Shown in pieces: positions 27,794 through 36,330 of a DNA stretch of 64,000 nt (its first letter is position 1; the number at the start of each line of letters is the position of its first letter). The stretch lies in the sequence record NC_041869.1. The stretch is one strand, 5' to 3'. The notes under the pieces are model-generated. The model did no database searches and was not told the DNA's origin. It saw only the letters and a program-made list of their open reading frames with translations. The position numbers and the translations under genes were made by a program. Origin of the DNA: Escherichia phage APECc02.

Positions 27794-27846
27794 AAAACTC
27801 AAGGGGGCAAGACGTTTGCCCCACACAAAACAAAGAGGAAAACATT

Positions 27847-28227
27847 ATGAAAAACACTACCAAGGCTATTGACACCGTTATGTTTAACCTGGTTACCTTT
27901 CGCGAGGATATGAAAGATCTTCCACGTGAAACAGTGTGCGATCACATTGAAAACTATCGCAAACTAATCAAAGAGTTGCCCCTAAAACGTGACCAGTACG
28001 CGGCTAATGCTATGCTTAATGCCATGATCAAAAAGATGATTCAGTGTGATTTAACTCTGGCCTATGATTATGCAGGCGGTCGTTTTGCAGTATACAATCA
28101 GCCCGTGCCCGGTATGGGCACCACCGAAGAATTGCACGCGCTTAATCTAAAACAAGACGTATGGGATAACATGCCCCGCGTGGTGGTGTGGGCAGAAAGC
28201 GGAAAGATTTACGGCGATAATTTTTAA
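27847..28227 (+). CDS. hypothetical protein
   Basis: 126-aa ORF. Confidence 0.5.
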   Translation: MKNTTKAIDTVMFNLVTFREDMKDLPRETVCDHIENYRKLIKELPLKRDQYAANAMLNAMIKKMIQCDLTLAYDYAGGRFAVYNQPVPGMGTTEELHALNLKQDVWDNMPRVVVWAESGKIYGDNF

Positions 28228-28291
28228 TCAGGTAACAGGCGGCATATTTGCCGCCTTATTGTTAAACAGAACTGCAAAAGAGGTACATAGA

Positions 28292-28663
28292 ATGGAATTT
28301 ATTATTTTGGCTGTAGTAGTTGCCTTGTTCAACGCCTGGATCGCTGGCAAGATGGGTAGATCCGCCTTTTTATGGTTTATTATATCTATTTTCCTGGGGG
28401 TGGTTGCAACTATTGTACTTGTTATCCTTGCAATTGTTGACAAGGGGAATAATAGAAAGGGTAAAGTATTTTCAGACCTGTACGACGCTCAAACGTTTGT
28501 CAACGCCTATTATAGTGATCTTCCAGTCTCCCTACGCTGCAGCCTGGCACAACAGGTTTTTGATGAGGCTAAAACCAGAGATCAAGCCCATGAGATATGT
28601 TTAACTGAGGCGGATCGCCTATTTGAGAGGAATAGAAAATATGTGGGCCAACCGTTTAAATAA
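28292..28663 (+). CDS. hypothetical membrane protein
   Basis: two hydrophobic helices; ATG after AAAGAGG (track ORF 28259..28663 trimmed). Confidence 0.5.
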   Translation: MEFIILAVVVALFNAWIAGKMGRSAFLWFIISIFLGVVATIVLVILAIVDKGNNRKGKVFSDLYDAQTFVNAYYSDLPVSLRCSLAQQVFDEAKTRDQAHEICLTEADRLFERNRKYVGQPFK

Positions 28664-28886
28664 TGCCACGTTAATTAATCCCTTTAGTGAAGATTTGAAG
28701 CCAGCCGCCTGGCGTGACGGATTCAATAACGAACGCTTTATTTTCAAGCCTGATCTTGAGGAATTTTATAACAATGGATCGAACAACAGCGGAGATAATT
28801 TTTCTTGGGATGTGCGTGGTGATGGTACTCCTGGGGGCCATTGTAAACCACGTCACTACTACCAGGAGGAAAGGGGGAGACGATGA
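28641..28886 (+). CDS. hypothetical protein
   Basis: ATG after GAGAGGAA overlapping upstream gene end; track ORF 28623..28886. Confidence 0.4.
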   Translation: MWANRLNNATLINPFSEDLKPAAWRDGFNNERFIFKPDLEEFYNNGSNNSGDNFSWDVRGDGTPGGHCKPRHYYQEERGRR

Positions 28887-29002
28887 CAACCAAGGATAAG
28901 CCCCGTACCGATAAGGCGCGCCGGGTTATGGTATGGCTTGAGATCATCGCCCTTGAAATATTGCTAGGCGTAGGGATGTACTTTATCGCTGTAAGTAACT
29001 AA
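28883..29002 (+). CDS. small membrane peptide, 39 aa (below ORF-track cutoff)
   Basis: ATGA overlap with upstream stop; hydrophobic core VMVWLEIIALEILLGVGMYFIAV; followed by terminator. Confidence 0.3.
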   Translation: MTTKDKPRTDKARRVMVWLEIIALEILLGVGMYFIAVSN

Positions 29003-29006
29003 GAAC

Positions 29007-29034
29007 GGCCCCCGATCATGGGGGCCTATCTTTT
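29007..29034 (+). terminator. rho-independent terminator
   Basis: hairpin GGCCCCC-GATCAT-GGGGGCC followed by TATCTTTT then a 12-A run. Confidence 0.65.
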
Positions 29035-29060
29035 AAAAAAAAAAAATTTCTTCCGGGGTG

Positions 29061-29089
29061 TTGCAATCCGGTCCGGAATGTGGATAATA
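29061..29089 (+). promoter_or_regulatory. sigma70-like promoter TTGCAA-N17-ATAATA
   Basis: spacer contains TGTGGATAA (DnaA-box-like 9-mer); followed by GGGGA/TCCCC hairpin and leader. Confidence 0.6.
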
Positions 29090-29144
29090 ACAATCAACGG
29101 GGAGCTAATCCCCACCACCACAAAAACCAGAAAGGAGAAACAAA

Positions 29145-29345
29145 ATGAGCAACAATATCCGCGTTATTAACTTCAAAAAAGAAGAAAAAATTGCCGTGCT
29201 GATTGACGGTCAAGAAATCTTCAAGGGCGACTATGAAGATCATCAAACGGCGATTAGTATCACTCGCGTGATTGGTTACCATAATTTTTACCCCCAAGGC
29301 GCTGAGGCAGCGGTTAAACGAATCAAAGAGATTGTAGGCCTGTAA
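29145..29345 (+). CDS. hypothetical protein
   Basis: 66-aa ORF with AAAGGAGAAA RBS. Confidence 0.5.
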   Translation: MSNNIRVINFKKEEKIAVLIDGQEIFKGDYEDHQTAISITRVIGYHNFYPQGAEAAVKRIKEIVGL

Positions 29346-29348
29346 AAT

Positions 29349-29393
29349 TTATTTTTAGATGGCCTTGACTCCAGGGCCATCAATAAAGTAAAT
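29349..29393. repeat. conserved palindromic intergenic element, copy 3
   Basis: as copies 1 and 2 with one loop substitution (TTGACTCCAG) and AAAT end. Confidence 0.7.
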
Positions 29394-29439
29394 TTAAACC
29401 CTGTTAAAAATACCACGCAGTTAACAAGGAGTGATAGAC

Positions 29440-29739
29440 ATGTTTATCCAGGCTAATAATCTTTATTTCTTTGATGGTCAGATCGTAGACGGTGTGGAAG
29501 TGGAGATCACCGGGTGCCCTGGCGGTCAGGCTATGACTTTTCGGAATAATGCCTTTGATGATTCTCATATCGTTATGAGAATGGAAGTTACGAAGCTGGA
29601 CGACAAGAAAACACTTATTGACTATTCTGTGAAAGATCATCCAGACTACCGCATGATCCATGGCGATTTGTGCATTGTTGACCGTGACAAGGTGGGCGGC
29701 ATTGTGATCGCTATTGTGAACGATGTTTTCTCAAACTAA
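29440..29739 (+). CDS. hypothetical protein
   Basis: ATG 8 nt after AAGGAG; track ORF 29431..29739. Confidence 0.5.
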   Translation: MFIQANNLYFFDGQIVDGVEVEITGCPGGQAMTFRNNAFDDSHIVMRMEVTKLDDKKTLIDYSVKDHPDYRMIHGDLCIVDRDKVGGIVIAIVNDVFSN

Positions 29740-29756
29740 TTTCAGCAGGTGATTTT

Positions 29757-30107
29757 ATGAAAGTCAAACTATATTACCTTAATGAGCTTAACCCCCTTGC
29801 CCAGGTCCGCGCCCTGGCTAATACCTTGATTTGTGAGAAATCTGCATATTGTGTTGAGCTTAACGCCATGCGTGAACGTCTCAAAGGGGGTTACTTTGAC
29901 ATCCATGCTGCAATCAACGGCCTGAATATGGAATTTATACGCTTACGTAACAGCCGCCGGAATCTGGCAAGAATGGAACAAGATCCGGCCCACCTTCGTA
30001 AGCTGGTTATTGAAAATCATCTGATGTTTAATGCCGAGGGTGATTATTACCATTTTCACCGCAAACGCTGGTACCGTGGCGGCAATACAGGCAAGAATGC
30101 AAAATAA
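29757..30107 (+). CDS. hypothetical protein
   Basis: 116-aa ORF. Confidence 0.5.
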   Translation: MKVKLYYLNELNPLAQVRALANTLICEKSAYCVELNAMRERLKGGYFDIHAAINGLNMEFIRLRNSRRNLARMEQDPAHLRKLVIENHLMFNAEGDYYHFHRKRWYRGGNTGKNAK

Positions 30108-30142
30108 GGCCCCAGGCAGGGCCTGCAGCGATATAATCACAT

Positions 30143-30176
30143 AAAGGCTATGCGGTTGCATGGCCTTTATTATTTT
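30143..30176 (+). terminator. rho-independent terminator
   Basis: imperfect hairpin AAAGGC(T)ATGC-GGTT-GCATGGCCTTT followed by TTTATTATTTT. Confidence 0.5.
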
Positions 30177-30223
30177 AGCGTTACAGCGGCCCCAAGGCGC
30201 TTAAAAAATTTTTAAAGAAGTAC

Positions 30224-30252
30224 TTGCATCAAGTCCTACAATATGGATAATA
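30224..30252 (+). promoter_or_regulatory. sigma70-like promoter TTGCAT-N17-ATAATA
   Basis: followed by GGGGGC/GCCCCC hairpin and leader before ATG 30309. Confidence 0.55.
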
Positions 30253-30308
30253 GGACGTGTCAGGGGGGCGGCCCCCAATCATTAACCGGATAGATAGGAG
30301 TTAAAATC

Positions 30309-30593
30309 ATGGCTATTGTCACCGTTGGCGATGTAGTGGAAATGGAAGCAAAATACTTAAAAGCGGGTATGCATATCCTACGGAATGATCAAGAATTGTT
30401 ATTAACGATGGTAGACTATAATCCCGGCCAGGATTATCCAAGCATCGACTACTTTTTTGAGTATGTTGATGAAGAATTGAAAGAGGATGAGGCTTATCGG
30501 GGTGAATTCTGCAATTTCTTTTGCCCTGATGAGGTTGTAAAAGTTATCTATCAACCTGGAGTACCTTTCCCGCTGCACGCTATCAATAAATAA
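30309..30593 (+). CDS. hypothetical protein
   Basis: 94-aa ORF with ATAGGAG RBS. Confidence 0.5.
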   Translation: MAIVTVGDVVEMEAKYLKAGMHILRNDQELLLTMVDYNPGQDYPSIDYFFEYVDEELKEDEAYRGEFCNFFCPDEVVKVIYQPGVPFPLHAINK

Positions 30594-30647
30594 ACCTGGT
30601 GGGGCCGAAAAGGCCCCAATTATGAAAATAAAGAGAGGTAAATCATC

Positions 30648-30881
30648 ATGATGGAACAAATTAAACGCGCTGAGGCTATTAATGGCAATGTGATCTATTT
30701 TGTCAGCAAAAACGAAAAAGGCGTACCATATGCGGCGGTAATAGTACAACCTGACGGCGATTATTGGTTTACTGTATACGGATCTTATTCTTTCGGGCGT
30801 CCGGTTCATGATAGAATTTTGAAAGTAGCAAATCCGACCGGGAAAAATATCACAGCAGAAAAATTTTTTGAAAATAGTTGA
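30648..30881 (+). CDS. hypothetical protein
   Basis: 77-aa ORF with AGAGAGG RBS. Confidence 0.5.
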   Translation: MMEQIKRAEAINGNVIYFVSKNEKGVPYAAVIVQPDGDYWFTVYGSYSFGRPVHDRILKVANPTGKNITAEKFFENS

Positions 30882-30905
30882 CATGACCATATAAGACTGT
30901 AATAT
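30878..30905 (+). promoter_or_regulatory. sigma70-like promoter TTGACA-N16-TAATAT
   Basis: -35 overlaps upstream stop codon; followed by GGGGC/GCCCC hairpin and CACAAAGAGGA leader. Confidence 0.6.
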
Positions 30906-30957
30906 ATAAATCAAAGAGGGGCAACAAGCCCCACCAACCACAAAGAGGATAAAAATC

Positions 30958-31137
30958 ATGGCTATTATTGCAAAGACTGAGATCGTAGGCTTAGATTCTA
31001 TTCTCCTCGCATATGAGGAAGCTATAGAAATGTATGTGGTTTCCTATGGTGAGTATATTCGTGAATATAAATCTATTGATCTGGCTTTTGAATGTTATAT
31101 TCGCCAGGTAAATAAAGCATATGATGATTATCGTTAA
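30958..31137 (+). CDS. small protein, 59 aa (below ORF-track cutoff)
   Basis: full promoter-hairpin-leader-SD architecture upstream; MAIIAKTEIVGLDSILLAYEEAIEMYVVSYGEYIREYKSIDLAFECYIRQVNKAYDDYR. Confidence 0.45.
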   Translation: MAIIAKTEIVGLDSILLAYEEAIEMYVVSYGEYIREYKSIDLAFECYIRQVNKAYDDYR

Positions 31138-31143
31138 AATAGT

Positions 31144-31171
31144 TTGACAACAATTACAAATCGGGTAGAAT
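31144..31171 (+). promoter_or_regulatory. sigma70-like promoter TTGACA-N16-TAGAAT
   Basis: 6 nt after upstream stop. Confidence 0.6.
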
Positions 31172-31223
31172 GTATTTCGTAGGGCGGGGCAATAAGGCAA
31201 CGCCCATTAATGAGGGTAGAATC

Positions 31224-31328
31224 ATGTTAGAGAAAATTTTCACGGTTGTAGTAGTTGGCCTGGCATTATCGGTTGGATGGGTTGCAACTATGGCTAACAT
31301 GATCCTATCTTCCCACGGTATCGGTTAA
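31224..31328 (+). CDS. small membrane peptide, 34 aa (below ORF-track cutoff)
   Basis: ATG after GAGGGTAGAA; MLEKIFTVVVVGLALSVGWVATMANMILSSHGIG. Confidence 0.3.
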   Translation: MLEKIFTVVVVGLALSVGWVATMANMILSSHGIG

Positions 31329-31338
31329 GGTGAATCAA

Positions 31339-31554
31339 ATGATCACGAATAAAACAGGTAAAACGGAATTCTTGCGCGGCTTGCAGGTCGGCAAGCCTGA
31401 GATCTGGCATTGCACTAAAACACCACGTGACGAAATGAAAGACTTCACCGCCACGCTGCAACGGGTAAAGATATCCATCACGCAGAAAAAGGCCTTGATA
31501 GTGGTGGAAGGTGAGATCCCTCAAACCGTTGTTATAGTTGAGCGTACAGCATAG
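31339..31554 (+). CDS. hypothetical protein
   Basis: ATG after AAGGTGA; track ORF starts at GTG 31330. Confidence 0.45.
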   Translation: MITNKTGKTEFLRGLQVGKPEIWHCTKTPRDEMKDFTATLQRVKISITQKKALIVVEGEIPQTVVIVERTA

Positions 31555-31645
31555 TTTAATTTATACCGATACCCGAAAATTAACCAACAAAGCATAAACA
31601 GGCGGTTACCGCCGCCTTAAACGTAGCAGAAAGAGGATAGACACA

Positions 31646-31930
31646 ATGAAAAAGATGATCGCAGTGGTTGCCCTGGTTGTTGGACTTAATGCGCCTGTAA
31701 TGGCTAAAGAGCTGGCAAAAGAGGTTAATCTAACGGATATTCATGCCGTCAATCAAATCGGGGTTACTTATCGCTTATGCCTTGCCGCTAAAACTTTTAA
31801 TGACGGCACAACAGAGTACTACGGATTCGAGGGTATCCGGTGCGGTGAGCTTGCTCGCGACCTTAAGGAAGATCCAGACCTGGAAGATCTGCCCATCACC
31901 GTAAACGGTAAAGCTTACGTAAACCGTTAA
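31646..31930 (+). CDS. hypothetical secreted or periplasmic small protein
   Basis: signal peptide MKKMIAVVALVVGLNAPVMA; AAAGAGGA RBS. Confidence 0.55.
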   Translation: MKKMIAVVALVVGLNAPVMAKELAKEVNLTDIHAVNQIGVTYRLCLAAKTFNDGTTEYYGFEGIRCGELARDLKEDPDLEDLPITVNGKAYVNR

Positions 31931-31932
31931 CC

Positions 31933-32067
31933 ATGAGAAAGATAATCATCACCTTGGGGATTGTGGCGGGATCGCTGGCGCTCTTTCCCCTTATGGTTAG
32001 GCATGTGCTGATCAGTATTGTCCTGATGGTCAGTGATCTATTGGAAACGGTTGGCACCTTGTTTTAA
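31933..32067 (+). CDS. small membrane peptide, 44 aa (below ORF-track cutoff)
   Basis: ATG 2 nt after upstream stop; MRKIIITLGIVAGSLALFPLMVRHVLISIVLMVSDLLETVGTLF. Confidence 0.3.
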   Translation: MRKIIITLGIVAGSLALFPLMVRHVLISIVLMVSDLLETVGTLF

Positions 32068-32079
32068 AGAGCGGTAAAA

Positions 32080-32271
32080 ATGAATATCGAACAAGTTAGA
32101 AAGGTATTAGCGGTACTGCGTTACCATAATCATAGAAAGGTCATAGACGATCCTGATTATGTTGATTCAAGCCTGGAAGGGGATACACTACAAGCCATAA
32201 GTAACATGCAAGAATTGCTAAAGCGCATGACAGAGAAAAACCGACCGGACTACATAGGCGAAAAAATATAA
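32080..32271 (+). CDS. hypothetical protein
   Basis: 63-aa ORF with AGAGCGG RBS. Confidence 0.45.
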   Translation: MNIEQVRKVLAVLRYHNHRKVIDDPDYVDSSLEGDTLQAISNMQELLKRMTEKNRPDYIGEKI

Positions 32272-32288
32272 TCCTTATTGACTAGAAA

Positions 32289-32315
32289 ACAGGGCTTGCA
32301 ATGGTCCTGTTTTTT
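32289..32315 (+). terminator. putative rho-independent terminator
   Basis: stem ACAGG/CCTGT around TTGCAATGGT loop followed by TTTTTT. Confidence 0.4.
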
Positions 32316-32399
32316 GTTATACTTATTCCACGGCAGGCACCTGGTGACGGGGGGAGACAACCACCGGGCCTGCCTGTCATATAAGAACTATAAAAACCG

Positions 32400-32428
32400 T
32401 TGACATCTGCCAGGGGGTGGGGTAACAT
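32400..32428 (+). promoter_or_regulatory. sigma70-like promoter TTGACA-N17-TAACAT
   Basis: followed by GGGCA/TGCCC hairpin and CACACAACAACCAGAAGAGAGGAAAA leader. Confidence 0.5.
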
Positions 32429-32482
32429 TTATCTTGAAGGGGCAAAAGTGCCCACACAACAACCAGAAGAGAGGAAAACATT

Positions 32483-32755
32483 ATGTCAAGCTGGATTAAT
32501 CAAGAAGTCGAATCACGTTTTAATGCTATTTGGGATCTCATCGAAAAAGAAGACGGCACATCAAGCCCCTACCTCAACAATTTGGAATTCCATTTTGTGG
32601 AAGCGATGAACGCAGAACATGATCACGAAGGTGGCGCGGATGAGTTCGCTAAAGGTTATGGCTTTAACAATGCCAACGAAATGATCGAGGCGGTAGTACT
32701 CCAGGCTGAGGAAGATTATCAATTAAAAACGCTTGAATTCTGCCGCCGCAAGTAA
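32483..32755 (+). CDS. hypothetical acidic protein
   Basis: 90-aa ORF. Confidence 0.5.
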   Translation: MSSWINQEVESRFNAIWDLIEKEDGTSSPYLNNLEFHFVEAMNAEHDHEGGADEFAKGYGFNNANEMIEAVVLQAEEDYQLKTLEFCRRK

Positions 32756-32815
32756 TAAGATAATGACACGGGCCAAAAGGCCCACTAATCAGAACCACAC
32801 AAAGAGAGAAAGAAA

Positions 32816-33034
32816 ATGACAACCCGTAAAATTAAAGTTGTTTGCATTGAATCGACTGGGGGCGCTTTTGTAGTTGGTCAGGAATATAATGCGGTTTTAA
32901 TGGGTACGGATTGGAAGGTTAAAGGCCTTAATGGTTACGAGTACGGCACTACTTGCGGCTTGCGTGGTCGAATCGGATACGTGAGTTTAGACAATAAAGA
33001 AAAATTTGTTTTCGACACCGTTGTGAGTAAATAG
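32816..33034 (+). CDS. hypothetical protein
   Basis: 72-aa ORF; GGGCC/GGCCC hairpin and CACACAAAGAGAGAAAGAAA leader upstream. Confidence 0.5.
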   Translation: MTTRKIKVVCIESTGGAFVVGQEYNAVLMGTDWKVKGLNGYEYGTTCGLRGRIGYVSLDNKEKFVFDTVVSK

Positions 33035-33111
33035 CATGAATTGCTAAAGACTGATCTGCGAACTGCTGTATTATCAACTAATCAAAACGAACCACATAAA
33101 GAGGAAACATC

Positions 33112-33375
33112 ATGAAACGTCTGGATCAGCTTAAATTAGTTCAGTACATGGCCTACAGAATTCTTGAAGTCCAGAAAGGTAGCAAAAAAGAGGTTTGCGA
33201 GAAAGCTTATAAGATCTTCACTCGTAAAAAAGATGATTGGATGTTACGCCAGACCAAAAAGGCTGACATCTTGGGGTACCTGGAAGAAGAGATCCGCCTT
33301 GAAGAGCAAGAAGAGATCCGCCGTAGTGAGGCAGATTATCAGGCAGCTTGGGAAAACTGGATGAGCAACAAATAA
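33112..33375 (+). CDS. hypothetical protein
   Basis: 87-aa ORF with AAAGAGGAAA RBS; last plus-strand gene of the block. Confidence 0.5.
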   Translation: MKRLDQLKLVQYMAYRILEVQKGSKKEVCEKAYKIFTRKKDDWMLRQTKKADILGYLEEEIRLEEQEEIRRSEADYQAAWENWMSNK

Positions 33376-33394
33376 TACAACAAGGTGCACGGTC

Positions 33395-33420
33395 AGGGGC
33401 TTAAAGCCCCTTTCTTTTTG
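33395..33420 (+). terminator. rho-independent terminator
   Basis: hairpin AGGGGC-TTAAA-GCCCCT followed by TTCTTTTTG. Confidence 0.65.
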
Positions 33421-34028
33421 TCTCCTCTTTTCCTACCACAAATGGCCCCGCCTGGCAAATGGAATAATCAACAAGCCAGCAATTAACCCCACTGTACAAA
33501 CATACATATAAAATAACTATTGCATAATTTTTCATTGTGTGGTAGCAGGGCCATTTTTACACGTTTTTCCTTCCAAAATTGCACGTAATGCAGCATTTGC
33601 ACAAAATTTAACCTGATGCATATCTTCAATAGCTTGTCAACAACTAAAAATCTTTATAAGTCATACACTTACATAACTACAAAAGCGTTTTCTACGTGAA
33701 AAATCGAGTATAACTATAGCCGCCAGATCTCAGAATTTACGTACGCTCGCCATTCTATAGCCTGCTAAGCATTTATTCCAACCATAGAATAACGGAATAG
33801 TCAATACCTGCATAAAATAATTATTCGTGTAAACTGCATAACATAAATCGGCCCAGGTGTCAACATTTTTCGTAAACAGTCTGGAATTGTCACGTTAGGT
33901 TACCATAAGCAGAGAAATCTTTAGTCGTCTAATGTTTACTGTACGTTACTATACTAACTGAAATCATTAGATGACTAATAGAAAGATAAGAAATAATTAA
34001 CAATACAATTATTTTATCTGTAACAATA

Positions 34029-34205
34029 AGGCAACTATGCAAACGAATGGCATGGCGCGACGGAGTCGCGACATAATATAAAAGCAGTAACCATCACCCC
34101 CGTGATAGTTTGTCTGCAAACTATTAATCAGATCATAGTTGCCTTGTATTTAGTTAATCATGACATAACAAGCAAGGCAACTATAGATCTGCTAATAGTT
34201 GCCCT
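34029..34205. repeat. four copies of 11-mer AAGGCAACTAT in alternating orientation (candidate protein-binding sites)
   Basis: plus-orientation at 34029 and 34174, inverted at 34136 and 34195; 34135-34146/34173-34184 form a 12-bp perfect inverted repeat 26 bp apart. Confidence 0.6.
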
Positions 34206-34317
34206 GCTTTTATATTATGTCATAGAAACACCCGAAGGGGTGACCAAAGGTTACCTGGCATAGCCAGTGAAAGATTATTAACTTGCTAATCTTTATCATG
34301 CAAACGAATGGCATGGC
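34037..34317. repeat. 20-bp perfect direct repeat ATGCAAACGAATGGCATGGC
   Basis: copies at 34037-34056 and 34298-34317. Confidence 0.65.
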
Positions 34318-34338
34318 TTATCATTTCTGTGTAAATAG

Positions 34339-34390
34339 TCTATGCGTAAACTGTCAAGGCGTAAACAATCTATGCGTGAACAGTGAAACA
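34339..34390. repeat. short direct repeats TCTATGCGT(A/G)AAC and GCGTAAAC
   Basis: TCTATGCGTAAAC at 34339, GGCGTAAACA at 34359, TCTATGCGTGAAC at 34369. Confidence 0.5.
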
Positions 34391-34423
34391 TGAAATAATA
34401 ACAGTTGTTATTGTGTCATATTG

Positions 34424-34505
34424 TGCTGCAGCGTGTTGAGTATGTTTAAGGTGCCCAGTATGTCACCATTATGTCACTATTGTGTCATAGTGTCATAGTA
34501 TGTCA
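34424..34505. repeat. iteron-like array of TGTCA(C/T) pentamers at about 10-11 bp phasing
   Basis: TGTCA at 34424, 34461, 34472, 34483, 34491, 34501 (plus 34362, 34525). Confidence 0.6.
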
Positions 34506-35083
34506 GACAAGTTTTTCCCCTCTTTGTCAAGTGCTGCATGAAAAAATTTACAAGCTGGTATGGTAGCATTTTTGCGGCCTTGTTTACATTCAGTAATGTA
34601 TGTATAACCCTTGATGTGTGGGCGTTTAGACGTCTAGACGGTCAGAAGTCTGCAGGTCAATATCTAATCTATTGGCTGCTAACTATATCCCCCACAAATA
34701 ATAAGAAATATAATTGTTATGTGCGTAAACAGTAACTCATGTTATCAATCCCTGTATGGATCGCCAGTGGTGCGCATAATGGGTATTATGTTAAATTGCC
34801 CGTAATGATAACTATTCTCACAATGATAGGTATTCTCATTCACCCCCACAAGATAGGTTGCAAATGTTGTGCCACTGTGTGAACGGCCTAGCCTATTAAT
34901 TTGCCTCACTGCCTTGATATTTGAGAATTGTTATAAGAATGAGAAGTATTCCCATTTCGTCCGCCTGGCAGCACTCCTGTAGGTCCTGCAAGGACTCTAG
35001 CTGAAAGCTAGACCCTTCGGGCCTCCCTGTAGGTCAGGTCAAAATCGTGGTAGAATTGGGCCTGTTCAGATATTTCTGGCTGA

Positions 35084-35643
35084 CTCTTCAGGTCTGTGTG
35101 GGAAAAGCCAACCTCTCCGGCGGGGCAGGGGGTCATGACGGGAAAATTGCAGGTCAATTAAAAAATTTACGTGGTGTATGAAGCGCTCTTCAGGTAAGGC
35201 ATGTATTATGGGATGAAACCCTCTTCAGGCAATGATATTTGTGGGTGTGATATTTGCTGGAAAGCCAGATATGACGGGACTCCCGGCGGGGCAGGGGTAG
35301 TACAGACAGGGAAAATATGAGAATGTAGTTGGGGAAATTGATCAGACAGGTAGAGTATGGAATATGTTACAAGTATGTTAAATATGGAGGTTGAATATCT
35401 GTAGGATTTGTGTGTAAAATCAAAGACTTAAGGGGTGTTGTGGTATTTTCTATAAATAATTCAAGTTTAATAGGCAATATTTGTCTCTATCCGCTTTGTG
35501 TGGTAAACAGATTCAGATTAGATTGGTTTACAAGTGTATACATAATATACAAATTAAAGATACAAGAAACCCCCCTCCCCCCTTCGGCTACCATTCACCT
35601 TTTCCTCTGACTGGTACTTAAACACTTATTCAGACTCTTCAGG
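35084..35643. repeat. dispersed direct repeats CTCTTCAGG (x4), CCGGCGGGGCAGGGG (x2), CCTGTAGGTC (x2)
   Basis: CTCTTCAGG at 35084, 35186, 35221, 35635; CCGGCGGGGCAGGGG at 35117 and 35283, each followed by G-rich GGGAAAAT. Confidence 0.55.
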
Positions 35644-35993
35644 TTATCACCCATATATCATATGGCAGTGACTGGTGTCCTCCGGCCCCTCTTTCGTCAC
35701 CCGTCCGCTTCGCCATGCTAATGCCATAGCTAATGGTTCGGTTGTTCACCCTGTTCACTCAGGTGTATCTCTATACCCCTTCAAACCGAAGAGAACAGAA
35801 AACCCGAATTACTCGGTAAAAGAAAAGAGAAGAACTTAATTTTATCAGGATAGGCAAGAATGTCAAGGCATGACTGCTCACTAAACAAGCAAACAGTCAT
35901 GTGTGGGAGGTAAGTGATTGTGGTGGTAGGAAATTTAGTTGAAAGATGTGTTATAGGTGCTTCCAGCACTTTAGCCGGGCAGCTAATTGTGTG

Positions 35994-36209
35994 TCAGTCC
36001 AGCGGTTCATCCTCTACTTCACTGAAATCAATGTTCATGGTCTCTTCCCAACCATCGATCTCAGCACAAGAGTGGAGTTCTTTAGGGTTTACTCCCAAAG
36101 CCTCAGCAACAGAGTCTATATTTAACACCTCTGGCAGGTATGATTCATCGAATTCAAGGTAAATCAGGCCACGAGTGTTGTCAGCTCCACCAAATATCTC
36201 TATCTTCAT
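35994..36209 (-). CDS. hypothetical small acidic protein
   Basis: 71-aa ORF, last gene of minus-strand block. Confidence 0.5.
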   Translation of the reverse strand: MKIEIFGGADNTRGLIYLEFDESYLPEVLNIDSVAEALGVNPKELHSCAEIDGWEETMNIDFSEVEDEPLD

Positions 36210-36330
36210 AAAATCTCCTCTGGGAATGAAAGTGTGAACAGGGTTTTATACGTTCTAATGCACAGGAATTATACACGTTTGCCTCTTCAGGCCATGCTTC
36301 AGCATGAGGAACCTGTGTGGGCTCGGTGCT

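Noticed and set aside
29079-29087. DnaA box TGTGGATAA
   Set aside because: It is a single occurrence inside a promoter spacer with no clustered boxes or adjacent AT-rich unwinding element, so likely coincidental.
34339-34510. CRISPR-like array suggested by short phased repeats
   Set aside because: Repeat units are 5-13 bp with irregular spacers of 5-8 bp and no cas genes. This fits iterons or binding sites, not a CRISPR array.
35781-36162. ORFs 35781..35969 (-) and 35914..36162 (+) at the edge of the repeat region
   Set aside because: They are mutually overlapping with no RBS, so likely noncoding tail of the convergence region.
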